A stretch of 63,885 nucleotides of DNA, filler included, from Octopus bimaculoides (lineage: Eukaryota), in the NCBI RefSeq assembly GCF_001194135.2. It is 7 parts of 7 records of this genome, joined end to end, with 100 filler letters (N's around TTAATTAATTAA, not from the genome) between each part and the next. Parts side by side here need not be neighbours in the genome. Positions count along the whole stretch, not along the records: positions 15,366 to 27,235 come from NC_068998.1; positions 27,336 to 39,266 come from NC_068981.1; 5 more parts are not named here. The stretch is one strand, 5' to 3'. How positions within the stretch are numbered: the stretch's first letter is position 1; every line of letters starts with the position of its first letter. The notes under the pieces were generated by a model, which worked only from the letters and a program-made list of their open reading frames with translations, did no database searches and was not told the origin of the DNA. The translations under genes were made by a program, and so were the position numbers. Shown piece after piece: positions 24,286 to 38,000 of this stretch.

Positions 24286-25364
24286 GATCCATAATTTATT
24301 ATTCCTATTTTATATCGATACTTGACTGCTCCCTCATTATATCGATCTCTGAAGAATGAAAGGCAAAGTCTATTTTGACGTTGTCAGCCAGTCTGTAACA
24401 ATTCATAACTGAATCCCGCAGTATTATTGCTATTCTTAGGATTAGCAGACTTTCACCGATCTATTGTCTGTAACTATTGTCTGTAACTATGATTTTTATG
24501 AAGAATATTGATTATTGATTTATAACATAGACAGCACGAAGCTGCACAATTTTCTGCAGATTATAATTGGTTGATTAACCTCTTCAATTCAGCTTGCAAT
24601 TTACCATTTAGTTTATCGACATTAGCAGCATAAACACAGAGCCGATGTTTGGCGGATTTTAGATTCAGACCACAAGGGGACATAACTGCATAACACTACG
24701 TCACGGCTCAATAGGGATTCTTCAAATACCGTCCCACCATCAAGAACAGGAACAAGCAACAACAGGAACAAGCAACAACAACAACAACATTAAAATTAAA
24801 ATGATGATTGACGTCATAGCAATTTAATAAACTTTCGAGAGACCATGAAACAAGGCTGTAATAGCTATAATAGCTTGATATGCTTCGAGATCTACTGTTC
24901 CAAAAAAGTATTCAACCAAATGCTTACATGCTGTTATTTATATTTTTACAAACTTCGAGATCTACTAACCCTTAAAAGAAAAATATCACTTCAATTATTT
25001 GAAAAAACATATCTTTAATGGCATTACATGGAGACAAAACTGCTTATCTGTATGATGAGGAAATCTCTTAGCAATTGGTTCTATACTGAAGAATATCAAC
25101 CTCAAAAATGGTAATTTACATCGTGGAAACGCATTAGAGTAACAGTGTAATCAGGCGATATGATGAGATCAAAGACAAAATCGATATGCTATGTGTTTAA
25201 ATGTAAATGGAATACAGCAACCAGAATGTGGAATTTTAGTCTGAATATGAATATTATACATATATAAAGCATAATGTATAANNNNNNNNNNNNNNNNNNN
25301 NNNNNNNNNNNNNNNNNNNNNNNNNNNNNNNNTATATATATATATATATGCATGCATATGCGAT

Positions 25365-26175
25365 GAGTCAATGGACAGACAAAAACAAAATGCAACTAAA
25401 CGAGGGAAAATTTGAGCTAATGCATTTTGGTAGAAAGGCTATACTAAAACAGCCATACTCTCTTCCTTCAGGGGAACCACTCACAGCATCTAATAATATC
25501 AGAGACCTAGGAGTAATTGTTGGTAACAATCTCAGTTGGAGTGCCCATATCAACAATAAGGTTGATATAGCTCGTAGAATGAGCTCCTGGATCTTAATAA
25601 CCTTCCGGTCCAGAGAACAAGGTTGTCATCATTCCACTTTTCTCCTCTTTTGTACGGCCACACCTCGAATACTACTACCCGCTGTGGTCTTCTCATACAA
25701 AACAAAACATCTCGAAAATTGAATCACCCCAGAGGGCATTCACGAAATGAATTAAGGGCATGACTGATCTCGATTACTGGGACCGCCTTTAAGCCATGAA
25801 ACTCTACTCCCTCCAGCGCCGCTGCGAGCGGTACGTCATTTGCACGATGTGGAGAATATACCGCCAGTACTGACCAAACTACCTGAACGTTATCTTCAAG
25901 GTTCATCCAAGGCTAGGACCACGGGCCATACGCTCCCTGCCCAATTCAGGATCAGAACAGATGGGTACACTGCGACACAATTTCTTTTCCTCAATAGGCC
26001 CTGCCCTATTTAACATCGTCCCAAAACTGATCAAAGAGGAAAAGGATCCCATCACCTTTAAACGGAGTCTGGACAAATTTCTTCAAGGAATACCAGATAA
26101 GCCACCTATATCTGGATACAACTCAACAAGAACTCCCTAGTTGAATGGACCATAATACCACAAAACTTGACTTAA
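25365..26175 (+). mobile_element. CR1/L2-group LINE 3' end (late RT domain and C-terminus), disrupted
   Basis: QWTDKNKMQLNEGKFELMHFG...RDLGVIVGNNLSWSAHIN...YWDRL*AMKLYSLQRRCERY...FKRSLDKFLQGIPDKP. Confidence 0.88.
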
Positions 26176-26440
26176 AAAGGATTTAGATAATCCTATCAGG
26201 TTGTGCTATTAAGTTAGACATGGCCTGGACCAATTTTTGGTCGTAACATTTCNNNNNNNNNNNNNNNNNNNNNNNNNNNNNNNNNNNNNNNNNNNNNNNN
26301 NNNNNNNNNNNNNNNNNNNNNNNNNNNNNNNNNNNNNNNNNNNNNNNNNNNNNNNNNNNNNNNNNNNNNNNNNNNNNNNNNNNNNNNNNNNNNNNNNNNN
26401 NNNNNNNNNNNNNNNNNNNNNNNNNNNNNNNNNNNNNNNN

Positions 26441-26516
<76 letters not shown>

Positions 26517-27200
26517 ATACACATATATATATACATACATATATAAATGTAAATATATATTTACATATATTTATATATATATATGTATATATATATACAC
26601 ATATACATATATATATGTATACATACCTAAATATATGTATATATATATATATATATGTATATAAATATATATGTGTAAGCATACATACACAAACAGAAGC
26701 ACACACACGCACGCACACACGCACGCACGCACGCACACACGCACGCACACACGCACACACATGTATAGCTGTACAGTTGTAGAAAGCTATTAAATCGCAT
26801 ACATATGTATATACCTAACTACTTCAAAGACCATTTTGACACTTCAGCACATGTAACGATGTTAACATATTTATTTATTCAACATCTAATGTTTTAGGAT
26901 GTCTGTGTGTCACGTATTGTCACTTTTTGCATGTATAATATAAAGAAGAGATGGCTCCCTGTTGGCATACTGTCAATTCAGTATGGAGACACCTTGCGGC
27001 AGAGTTCCACCATGCCGAAATCTTCACACTTTTATATACACACACACACATGCTCACATCCGTACGTAATAATGCATGAATGCATCCATACATTCTTCCA
27101 TACAAGTATGATATATGTATGTTAGTATGCATGTATATATGTGAGTATATATATGCATATATATACTCATCATTTCTAGGTAATTTAGGCGGTATTAGAA

Positions 27201-27235
<35 letters not shown>

Positions 27236-28651
27236 NNNNNNNNNNNNNNNNNNNNNNNNNNNNNNNNNNNNNNNNNNNNTTAATTAATTAANNNNNNNNN
27301 NNNNNNNNNNNNNNNNNNNNNNNNNNNNNNNNNNNTATGTATATATGTTTGTGTGTGTGCATATATGTATGCATATCTATATATATTATATGTATATATA
27401 TACTTCCATATATACATACATACATATACATATATGAAAGGTAATTTGTAAATCGTAATAGAAGTAAAATAGTTTACAATTACTATTTTGATTGTAGATT
27501 AAAATGGATTATATTAATATTGCCTCCGGATAACATTAATTTCTCCAACATATTTAGCTGAGTTTCCAGATTCTCTTGACTGAGCACACATTTGGATATT
27601 TACTCCTATTCGCATATTTGGGTAGATAGTATTACTTAGTTTCCACTGAATGTTATTTTTTCATATTTATCTCCTCCAAGGCTTTATATTCCCAAAGAAG
27701 AGATATGTAAATCTAACAAAAATATAAATGAAATAAGCAATATTTGATTATTCTCCTTTTTTTCCTTTATTATTATTTAGAGAGATTCTTTATATTATTG
27801 TCTTAGAGAAAAATGAATGACACGCACTATTGAAAGAATGAAATATATAATATGAGAAAAAATTGCGGTAATGACTTGTCTCTTCATATCCTGAAATCAA
27901 ATCTCCTCGAGTCGAACTTTGATTTTCTTCTCTGCAGGTCCGATAAACTAAGGTACTAATGCACTTAATTTTAATATAGAGCGTTTTCAATGTCCAGTGA
28001 ATTATAATGGAAAACAAGACGGTATTTATTGAACGTTAGCGAAATATAGGAGAGATTAACCACGAATAATTCCTACTTAATCAAATGCAATCCGAAAGCA
28101 TATAAGCCAGCTACTGATAACACTCGTACCAGACATTTAATCCTTAGCGATTATAAAATTTAACAAATACGTAGATCAGTGTCTGTATAATATGCACAGC
28201 TGCTTTACTACCTTTACTACAAATTTGTTATAAAATATTGTAGCTATGACGGTATCTTCTTCACTAGCATACCGAACTTATTCAACTAATATGATTTACA
28301 ATACACTAAAAACGAATTTATTTCATTGTCCGGTATAAATAAGGTTTTACTGCATAAGCATGGCACCAGAAAATGGAAATGTTCTATCTTCGTTGCATTG
28401 AATTCAAAACTCGAAAACATAGATACTAAGCTATGATAATGCCAAAGTAGTTAATTTTAGAAACAAAAATATACAGCAACGGGAATAATTTCCAATAATT
28501 CCATCTCAGTGCCAGACAAATATGCTACCGAGTAGCTTCTGTGAATCCAAAGTATGATATAGGTGCATTAGTAACATAGTACACACACAAAAGCACACAT
28601 ATAAATGCACACTCAGACAAAGCGAACCGCATGCAAATATATGTACGTAGT

Positions 28652-28688
<37 letters not shown>

Positions 28689-29016
28689 NNNNNNNNNNNN
28701 NNNNNNNNNNNNNNNNNNNNNNNNNNNNNNNNNNNNNNNNNNNNNNNNNNNNNNNNNNNNNNNNNNNNNNNNNNNNNNNNNNNNNNNNNNNNNNNNNNNN
28801 NNNNNNNNNNNNNNNNNNNNNNNNNNNNNNNNNNNNNNNNNNNNNNNNNNNNNNNNNNNNNNNNNNNNNNNNNNNNNNNNNNNNNNNNNNNNNNNNNNNN
28901 NNNNNNNNNNNNNNNNNNNNNNNNNNNNNNNNNNNNNNNNNNNNNNNNNNNNNNNNNNNNNNNNNNNNNNNNNNNNNNNNNNNNNNNNNNNNNNNNNNNN
29001 NNNNNNNNNNNNNNNN

Positions 29017-29048
<32 letters not shown>

Positions 29049-29639
29049 ACACACACAAACACACAGACAAACACACACACATATATACATATATACGACA
29101 GATTTTTTTCAGTTTTCCGACTACCAAATCCACTCACAAGGCTTTGTTCTGCCCAAGACTATAGTAGAAGACACTTGCCCAAGGTGCCACGCAGTGGGAA
29201 AGAACCAAGAACCATGTGGTTGGTAAGCAAGCTACTTACCACACAGCCACTCCTCCGTTATATGTATGAAACATATTTAAAAAATAATAAAGATACATTT
29301 TCAGAAAACAAACGTTACCGTCTCACTGTTCAACTGAAATTAGATTGTTCTACATATCTTAAAGGTGTGTTTGGCTTATATAATTTATATAAACATATAT
29401 AAGTAGTAATACAAGCCTATGTTTCTCAGATGAGGATGTTATGTACATTATCTACATTTATTAAACTGGTATTCTCATTCTGATTGTTGCTCCCACAAAG
29501 CTTCGTCTCTTGTTTGCTTCTGTCTTCTTCGAGTGTCTTGTTTCGAACTCGTTTGTTGTATCCGAATTTCGAAACTAACACACGGAGTTGCAATAGGTTG
29601 TGAGACTAGATGAGGTAAATCTGTGTAGCAAACTGATGG

Positions 29640-29870
29640 AGCATTATAAGGGATTCGTAACAAACTATTAGGGGTCATCCTATGCAACTGCGAAAGGAGA
29701 AACATGCAGCATCCCTAAAGTAAGATTAGCTGAACATCGAAAAACTGTGATATGATGGGACATTGAAAAGTTCTATAGCCGATCAAGTAAGGTTGAGGAA
29801 ATAAATGAGAAAATTAGGAAATGTAAGGAAGCAGTACTTATGGTAGGATATACCCACCTGAAATAGCGGT
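29640..29870 (+). mobile_element. Penelope-like GIY-YIG relic
   Basis: GETCSIPKVRLAEHRKTVI*WDIEK, homologous to 34200-34280. Confidence 0.6.
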
Positions 29871-29989
29871 GATCGAAGAATTCGTGCGTGAGACCTGTGA
29901 AGCACATTCTTACTCCATGACAAAAGTTTAGAAGGTTGGAGAAGGCAAAGTGAAGCATGATCCTGCAGTGACCTTTACACTGCTGAGAG

Positions 29990-30660
29990 GAATTTCACCC
30001 AAGATATGCTCACAAACAGAAGCAACTGCTGCCTTATGGTTTCAGATTCTCATGAGAGAGCTAAATATGTTATTTTCAATTGCCAAAACCCTGCCAAGGT
30101 GGTGCCAATGTGCTGGCCTCTGATGGCAAGAAAACACCATTGACCATGTTTGAGAATGCTGAAAGACTGACAGGAGTTTGTTATATTCAAGTTTTGGAAA
30201 ATGCAAAAACCTGGATTCGTTCTGAATATCTTAAAACAAGTGACGAAGGTAAACCCAACAAGGTCACTCAGAACTTCAAGTTTACATTCCAGCAAAATAG
30301 AGTTCCTTGTTACATGCGGTGGCTCAAAAAGTTGTCAGAAATGAGTTTGGGAACAGGTTTGGAGAGACGAATACTTTGCCCACTTTTTCACTTCATATGA
30401 ACACTTTTGATATCAGTATCTGGAATGAACAGGTCAGGAAAGCTTGGGAGAAGCCCCACAATAACCTTCAAGTTCTCAAAAACCATCCATAGGACGTAGG
30501 GGGGTAGAACATTGATGAAGAATTCATTAAAAAAGCTTGTAGTGCAGTCAGGAAGAGGATTCAGGAAGTCATTGTCAAACGACGAGCAACACTTGATGTC
30601 TGTGTAGGATTCAAACACTTTGAAAGAAAACTTTAAGCATCTATTCGAACTTTATTCCAA
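29990..30660 (+). mobile_element. Tc1/mariner transposase relic (catalytic domain, DD37D-like)
   Basis: ASDGKKTPL...FTFQQNRVPCY...NTFDISIWN...KKACSAVRKRIQEVI. Confidence 0.75.
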
Positions 30661-30920
30661 CTTTTTATGAGCTCTCAATCCTGGGTTATGGTTAACTATC
30701 TATGAAATTGTCATGTTCGTCCATAATGAACTTCATCACGATTCGTCTGGTAAGCTCAGTCGGCAATCAACACTATTTCTTGCTCAAAGCAGAATCCAAG
30801 AATGCTAGATAAATTTCATTTGGTTATATTTATTTAAACATTCCTGAGATGCAAAGTTCGAATTTGAATATAAAATATAGACAATTGTGCTGCTGTGTAT
30901 ACATACATATATTCATACAT

Positions 30921-30972
<52 letters not shown>

Positions 30973-32289
30973 GCATACATACATGCATATACGTACACAC
31001 ACACACACACATATATGCATGTGTTCCAGTCACTTTATATTCCTACAGTGGTCGTTGACCCCATATACCAGGACTTCGTTTTCAAATATTACTGTATTTG
31101 TAAGTTTTATGAGCTAACAAGGGAGTTTATGTTACGGGAACAACAGTCGATTACGGGATGATTTTTGTACGTGATGACATACACATATATGTCTGCAAAT
31201 TTTGTGAAAGGTCACAGTGTTAATATGAGAGCTATGACAATACCTGGATATGTGGGAAAACTATGAACCATATATTCCAGCTTTTTTGTCCATGTACAAT
31301 GTTTGTATTGTATTCCAGAAATGTAAGCAATATATAATTTAGGATGCAATAAATTCTCCGATGTATGCGATAAATTTGCTGGATATAACACAATCAAAAA
31401 CAAAAAAAAAATCATGGAAGCTATATAAATGCAGTGCTTGTAACATTAATTATATACTGTATAGTTACTGTATTCAGCATAAATCAAATTTCCTGACTAC
31501 TTTGTAGCTATCCGTTTAATACGCAGCTCATCGGATGCAGTACAAAATCACTGAACGTATGGAGCAATACTCTCACAAAATTATTGCTGTGTGATCCAAA
31601 TAGTGTTTAAAACTTTTGCAACCACGTATACGTTTTATTTTCAAAATGAAGTTATACATAATCCACATATATTTGTAGTTAGACATTAAGCTCAGTGAAC
31701 TATGAATTTTGGTGTGGTTGAAATTTAATTAATTATTTAACAAAATTAAATGCATTACTACACAATCGTGGTATTATAGCTTATATTTCTCAACCTTTAC
31801 TTTTATTCAGTTTCTGGTGGAACGTGAAACTCCATACTGATTTTTTTTTTCTGGAAATATAGCTTTCCTCCATTGTCTATATACATGTAGCAATTTTCAT
31901 GCACTTGGAGATTTCAAAACGTATGTTGTTTTAATTGTATTTTGGATGCTGAAATAAATTGAAGAGAAAAGTAATATACTAAACTTTCCGTACAGAGAGA
32001 ATCACGTTATGACTCGAAGAATTAAACAAAATCTTTCTAAGGTCTCAGCCTGCGATCATGTGTATTCATTCGTAGAATCAGTAGCTCTTGTTATCACTTT
32101 TGTCAGAGATACTGAAAGAAGATGTTTGAAAACTTGAATCGCTACTAGACTCTGGATGACATGAGTGTCTATCAGTGATATTTGTGTGTAGAATATCATG
32201 TAATATTGGAACAATATACTTTCGTGCAGAAATGAATTTCAAATAATTATTTTAAGGAATGAGCTAAACAATTCACATTTACGATTATG

Positions 32290-32706
32290 GTTACAAAGGC
32301 AGAAGTCTCCGCACCGAACGAGCAATAGTAGTGGCACTCCGTCAGTTACGACAATGACGGTTCCAGTTGATCTGATCAACTGAAACAGCCTGCTCGTGAA
32401 ATTAACGTGCAAGTGGCTGAGCACTCCACAGGCAGGCGTATAAATAACGTAGTTCTATGGGTGACTCAGCGTGACAAACTGTGACAAGACTGGTCTTTTG
32501 AAATACAGATACAACAGAAACAGAAAGAAAGAGTAAAAGCTTTGGTGAAAGAATACAGCAGGTTTCGCCACCATAACCTGCCGGAGCCGCGTGGAGATGT
32601 ATGTGTTTTCGCTCAATAAACACTCATAACGCCCGGTCGGGGAATCGAAACCGCGAACCTATGACCGCAAGTCCGCTGCCCTAACCACTGGGCCATTGCA
32701 CCTCCA
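32290..32706 (-). mobile_element. tRNA-headed SINE family C
   Basis: Minus-strand head TGGAGGTGCAATGGCCCAGTGGTTAGGGCAGCGGAC...GGTTTCGATTCCC. Confidence 0.88.
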
Positions 32707-34019
32707 CGAATGATTAGTAGTATTAGAACGAAAGATATACTAGAATACGACATTTCATACAATACGTTAATATATTTACTTTTCTCGCTTCATCATATAG
32801 CAATCACCAAAGGTAACCTAGTTCTCCAATCATTCATTTAACCGAGGTCTTACATCTAGTATAATTGCTTTTGCCAAAGCGTCGGCAATGCGAATATATT
32901 TCATATTCCCACTAAACTTATATATCATTAAATTACATAAAGGTTCAGTCCCATTCTATTAGAATACAAATGAGTTTGTCATTGCGAGTAGGATAACATT
33001 TCCTAAATAGCGACGTACAGATCCCTCGTCCTCTATTTGTCTCTCATCCTCAATGAGATATTAACTCAAAATCCTCTAATATATGCATGGAAACCTATGC
33101 AAATTCTTCAAATATATAATTAGACAACATGTAAGTAATGCATCAGCTTCCCTGAAATGATAGAGACCGCTGTCAGTTACTTCACGCTCTACTCCTACGA
33201 AATAAGGCACGTTCAATAATGTACGCTACTTGAAAAATAAATCTATATTATCCGAATTTCTTGGCATAATATTAAAACTCAAGCCCAAATACTACAACTG
33301 CCATTGTTTAAGGAGTGTATTCAAAACTCGTCTGCCCAAAGCAAAACTTCACATGCAGAGATGTTAGGTTATTTAACTTCATGGTGTTTTTAAAGTGAAA
33401 TGTACTTGCTCCCTACACCAGAAATGTAATTTATATAGAGGCAAAAATCAAACTACATTCATAATGTCATTATGTTGTCAATCTACGCTTAACCATGTTT
33501 AATGAAATTAAAATGTTGGGATTTAAATGTAATACTAAAAATATTGACACCTGAAGAAAGTGTTAACGAAATAGGTGAACAAATGGGTATACACGCACAC
33601 AAATACCTTCCAGGCACACGTACAGGCACATACCCGTCTAAAAGTATCTGTGTGTGAATTTGTGAATGTTATATAAAATAATCGGACATATCCAAGTATC
33701 ATCTATCTATGAAGTATTTTCCATAATTCGTTTGAATTCCTTTATCTTTCGCTGATAATAACTATGTCGCTAACACCCTTAATTCGTGGAAGTTTCGAGA
33801 TATTTACAATGCTATATGTTAATAACAGCGTGTTGCTTTTATATATAACGAAGACCACACTATATCAGTTTTGTACTCCTACATCTAACAGATGCTGGAT
33901 GTCTATGCTGCATCTTAAAAATAGCAACTCGAGGTCATGGTTCCTTTCATTGATTATGTTATATATGTTGTATCCGTGTCGATTTGTCCTTTGTATTTTA
34001 TTACAATTAAACCATCCAC

Positions 34020-34500
34020 AGTCATAAGTCCTAAATTCAGCATCTCCGAAAAGATACAAAAGATATGCGGCCCATATGACATCAGGACTTATTAAAGAGT
34101 AATACAACACTTCGCAAATATCTCCTTCGGGTAAAACCACCAATAGAAGAGAATATGACCCAAAACTGCGTGTATTCCATCCCCTGTAGCTGTGGTAGGT
34201 TATACAATGGCAAAACATACCGCCCCCTCAAAATAGGAGTAGAGGAACATCGCAAAGCTGTGACACGATGAGATATTGATAAATCGGGTATAGCTGATCA
34301 TGTAAGGAAAAATGGAGACCACCTCCGCTTACGGAGTGACGTTAAGATAAATAGACAGAGAACACCACTGGAAAATACGAAAACTAAAAGAAACAGCACA
34401 TATGCTAGGACACAACATCCTCCTAAGCAGACCGAGTGCAGATATGAATAGTATATGGGAACATGTATTAAGAACGGATAGGAATTATTAGATTTATAAG
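34020..34500 (+). mobile_element. Penelope-like element, GIY-YIG endonuclease 3' end (disrupted)
   Basis: ISEKIQKICGPYDIR...NTTLRKYLLRVKPPIEENMTQNCVYSIPCSCGRLYNGKTYRPLKIGVEEHRKAV...HWKIRKLKETAHM. Confidence 0.85.
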
Positions 34501-34533
34501 CCCTAAAATTCACCTCATAATTGCCTACGAACA

Positions 34534-34745
34534 TATGGCGTAATGGTTAATATTGCGGGCTACTAACCCTAATATTCCAAGTTCGATTCCCGATAATGAC
34601 CTGAATAATAATAATAATAATGATAATAATAACATGGGAAAATAACCCAGGTTCGAAATTTCTCCAAGACACCTGATAAAGTCTGGAGGGTATTTCAGCC
34701 GAAACAAGGTGAGGACAAATATCCGTCAAATGTAAATACTGTAAA
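34534..34745 (+). mobile_element. tRNA-like Pol III head plus (AAT)n plus decayed hammerhead, directly after the Penelope ORF
   Basis: A-box TGGCGTAATGG, B-box GTTCGATTCC; CTGATAA-A-GTCTGG(AGGGTATT)TCAGCC-GAAAC at 34673-34705. Confidence 0.55.
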
Positions 34746-34764
34746 TAGAGCATTCATTTAGTTT

Positions 34765-35070
34765 TTACATGTTTTGGTCATTGGACTACGGCCATGCTAG
34801 GGCACTGCCTTGCAGGGTTTTGTAGAAATAATCGACCCCATAACTTATTTCTCTTAAGTCTGATTCTTGGTTTATCGTCTCTGGAGACGCAAACCAATTA
34901 AAACCATTTGTCAAACTTCTTCCAGTTTCTCTTTGCTAATTTCCCTCACAAGACATTGGTCATCCCTGAGCTATGATAGAAAACTGCTGCCCAATGTGCC
35001 ACGCAACGGAACTGAACCCGGGAGTATGGAATTCAATAGAAACGTCTTACCACACAGTCACGACTATGCC
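34765..35070 (-). mobile_element. SINE family B (diverged, deleted)
   Basis: TTTTACATGTTT.GGTCATTGGACT.CGGCCATGCT.G.GCAC.GCC and CTGCCCAA.GTGCCACGCA..GG.ACTGAACCC. Confidence 0.72.
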
Positions 35071-38000
35071 AAATACAACTACATGAATTCTAGGTTGTGT
35101 CGTGCATATGACAATTACGTACATACTAACGCAGTATGTAAATACACGTTCGAAACACATTTGGTATTCGTTAATATATATGTTCATCAATAGGCATTGT
35201 AGAGATATAAATTTCTAGAAGCCACGTCTTTTCTTGAAAGAGAAAATCAGATTCTTTTTAACCGGATCTTCTACCTCTCTAAAAAGATATACTTTTTTTT
35301 AGCTTAGAATCAAGTAGAGTTAAGTTCGAACTGCTTTGGTCTATTATTGATTGTATTAGACGTTTCCAGAGAATAGGTTCAATTTATCAATTACAACAAC
35401 TGAAATATGAGTGACTTTTATGGGTGATATGTGTTAAATTAGTAAACGAATTAGTTATTATTGTAGTTTAATTCAGTAACAAAATAGCACGGAAGTAATA
35501 GATGTCGACATACGAGTAGTAAGTTCATCATAGGCTGTTACACGTAAACCATCTACATGCAAAGGACATTTGCAGATATTTTCGAGCGCTCCTATAAATG
35601 TTGCTTCATATATATGTGTGATTTGTCTAGAAACAACACCGTTTGCTTGTGCAGGGTAAATAGGTGTCATATAAAATTGATGAAATATATTACGAATGAT
35701 ATTTTAAAATATCCTTTCATCGCAGGTATTGGATTAATAATAGGAAAGTTTAATGAAAATTTTACCTTGACAAGTTACATTCACATGCATCCGCACACAT
35801 ACTCACAGTCACTATTATGGAAGTGAATATACTTTATGTATATATATATACAGGTGTATAAGAAAATATGTCTGTGTATTTATGATTATATGACAGGAAT
35901 GTTTGTATTTTTTAATCTAGTCTGAAATTCTAAGTAAATGCGTTTGATGTAAACGTTGCAAAACTCGTTTCCAGAGTTACTGCAATGTAATGTAATCACC
36001 AAGACTCTTTCGTTCAGTTATTAGAAATACAATGCGCTTGTCTGATATTTCTCGCTGTTCATTTCATATATGTATGTGTCAGGGGTTTCATTGTCGAATA
36101 AATGCATCAAATATCTTACGCAATGGTCAATACATGCATATCTCTTTTCATGGTTGCAACACATTAATTTTACCGTAAAATAAAATGATATACATTATAT
36201 TTTCCTATAGAGTGTAATGAAAATACTTATAAAAAAAGCATATGGTGTAAATTCATTTTCAGGTCAGAACAAAATTTTATCCCGCACAATTTGCTCTTAA
36301 ATAACTGCATGAATCCCATTTCCTTTTATGATTGAATTTCTGTCGTTTAACCATTCAGTTCGCACCACTTATATATTAACATTCGAAATTTAATTTTTTA
36401 AAGAAGAAATCATTCAATATCGTACCATAATGAGCATTAAAGAAAAGAAATGAAGAAAAAAATTAATAAAAAAAAGTTTCAAGCCAAAATGTTGAAAACC
36501 AATTAGAAGCAACTATTTTAATAATCATTAGAAGAAAACAAACGTGCAATATTCATATCTTCCAATATATTTTCTAATATTCATTTAACTATGGAAAAAA
36601 ATGAATTAATTATTTAAAGATTGAAGAAAAGCTCAAACAATACGTAGAGACTTTGTCGAACTGGTTACTGACTGCAAGAAAAAAAATTTAATAAATCTAT
36701 AAAAGCAATTACTTTCTTTAATGAATAACAATTATCAGAGAATTTAAATTTGATTAATTTCATTATATTAAAAGACTTTTTAATGATTTTAATTTTCTTG
36801 TTATGAAATAATAATGATAACAGTAACAATATTTTTATTTGCCACAAGGGCCCACGACGTCGGCAGTTACTTTATCAGAATTCAAAAAGAAACTTGTCTC
36901 AGTTGGAAATATATTGAAAAAAGAAATGAATTCTACAGAGATGTATTATAATGCAATAAGTAAAACTGCTTTAAGTAAATTATTAGGGCAAATGTTTTTT
37001 TTTTCATAAAAAGGAATGAACATCATAGCATGGTTCGTGGGGCGTTAATACAAAATTCAAAATATCCGTGCGTGGCAAATTCAGTTCTTCCTTCCTGGAT
37101 ATATATATAGCAGCGTATTTCTAACACAAATGAGGCGAATTTTGCCTACACAAGGCAATTACAAGTCCACAAGGACAGGGTTCGAAGGCAGAGAAAGTGA
37201 GAGCGAGGGAGAAAGGAAGAGAGAGTGATCGGGAGAGAGTGCCAGGGGGTGACAATGTACAAGAGAAAGGAATTTTACATAAATGTATATAAATATAGAA
37301 ATTAGTGCCGAATATTAAAATAATCTGTATTAAACAACGCATGGGCGATATTTTCTCATGGTATAGCATTAAGCAATTTCTTAGCCTAAGTTTACAGGTG
37401 TGGCTAGTATAGCAGTAGAGTAGATGCGATACTTTAGCGACATTGCATTCATCTCACCATTGCCAGATTGCTGAAATCGGTTAGAGAAACTTATGTGGTG
37501 TCAGACGACAAATCGAATCACCAATTTGAAGAATTGCATTACTGCAAACTTCTAAACACGATGGACATGAAGGTTGTTACAAAAACAAGTAAAAAAAGAA
37601 ATATCAAATCAATACATCAGTAATATAAAAAAATAGATCTCCATATCAGATCACGTACGTGCCAGAAAGTCAGGAACGCATTTTGCTGTGGAGCCTACAG
37701 GCAAGGGCTTTGTATCTGAGGGTTCAGCTGCAGTTCCAAGCTAAAGTCTCACCAATAATAATTGTCAACACACACCCTTCAGCATTTTATATTCAAACTC
37801 CAAATTCCATTAGCCAACTATGTTAAGCGGTGGTATCTAATGCATTATATATGGAAAAAATAGAGATATCCGTATTAGTTCAGCTTGGGAAGACTCAACG
37901 CACTCAAACTACGGAGCAGGAGGAACATTTCAGACGTGTAGAATGAATTTCCTTCCTAGACTGATCGTTACAATAATCAAAAGGAATCCAGGCAAGGGAA

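Noticed and set aside
25086-25140. CTGAAGA ... GAAAC-GCA-TTAGA
   Set aside because: Helix II cannot be closed and the NUH triplet is absent.
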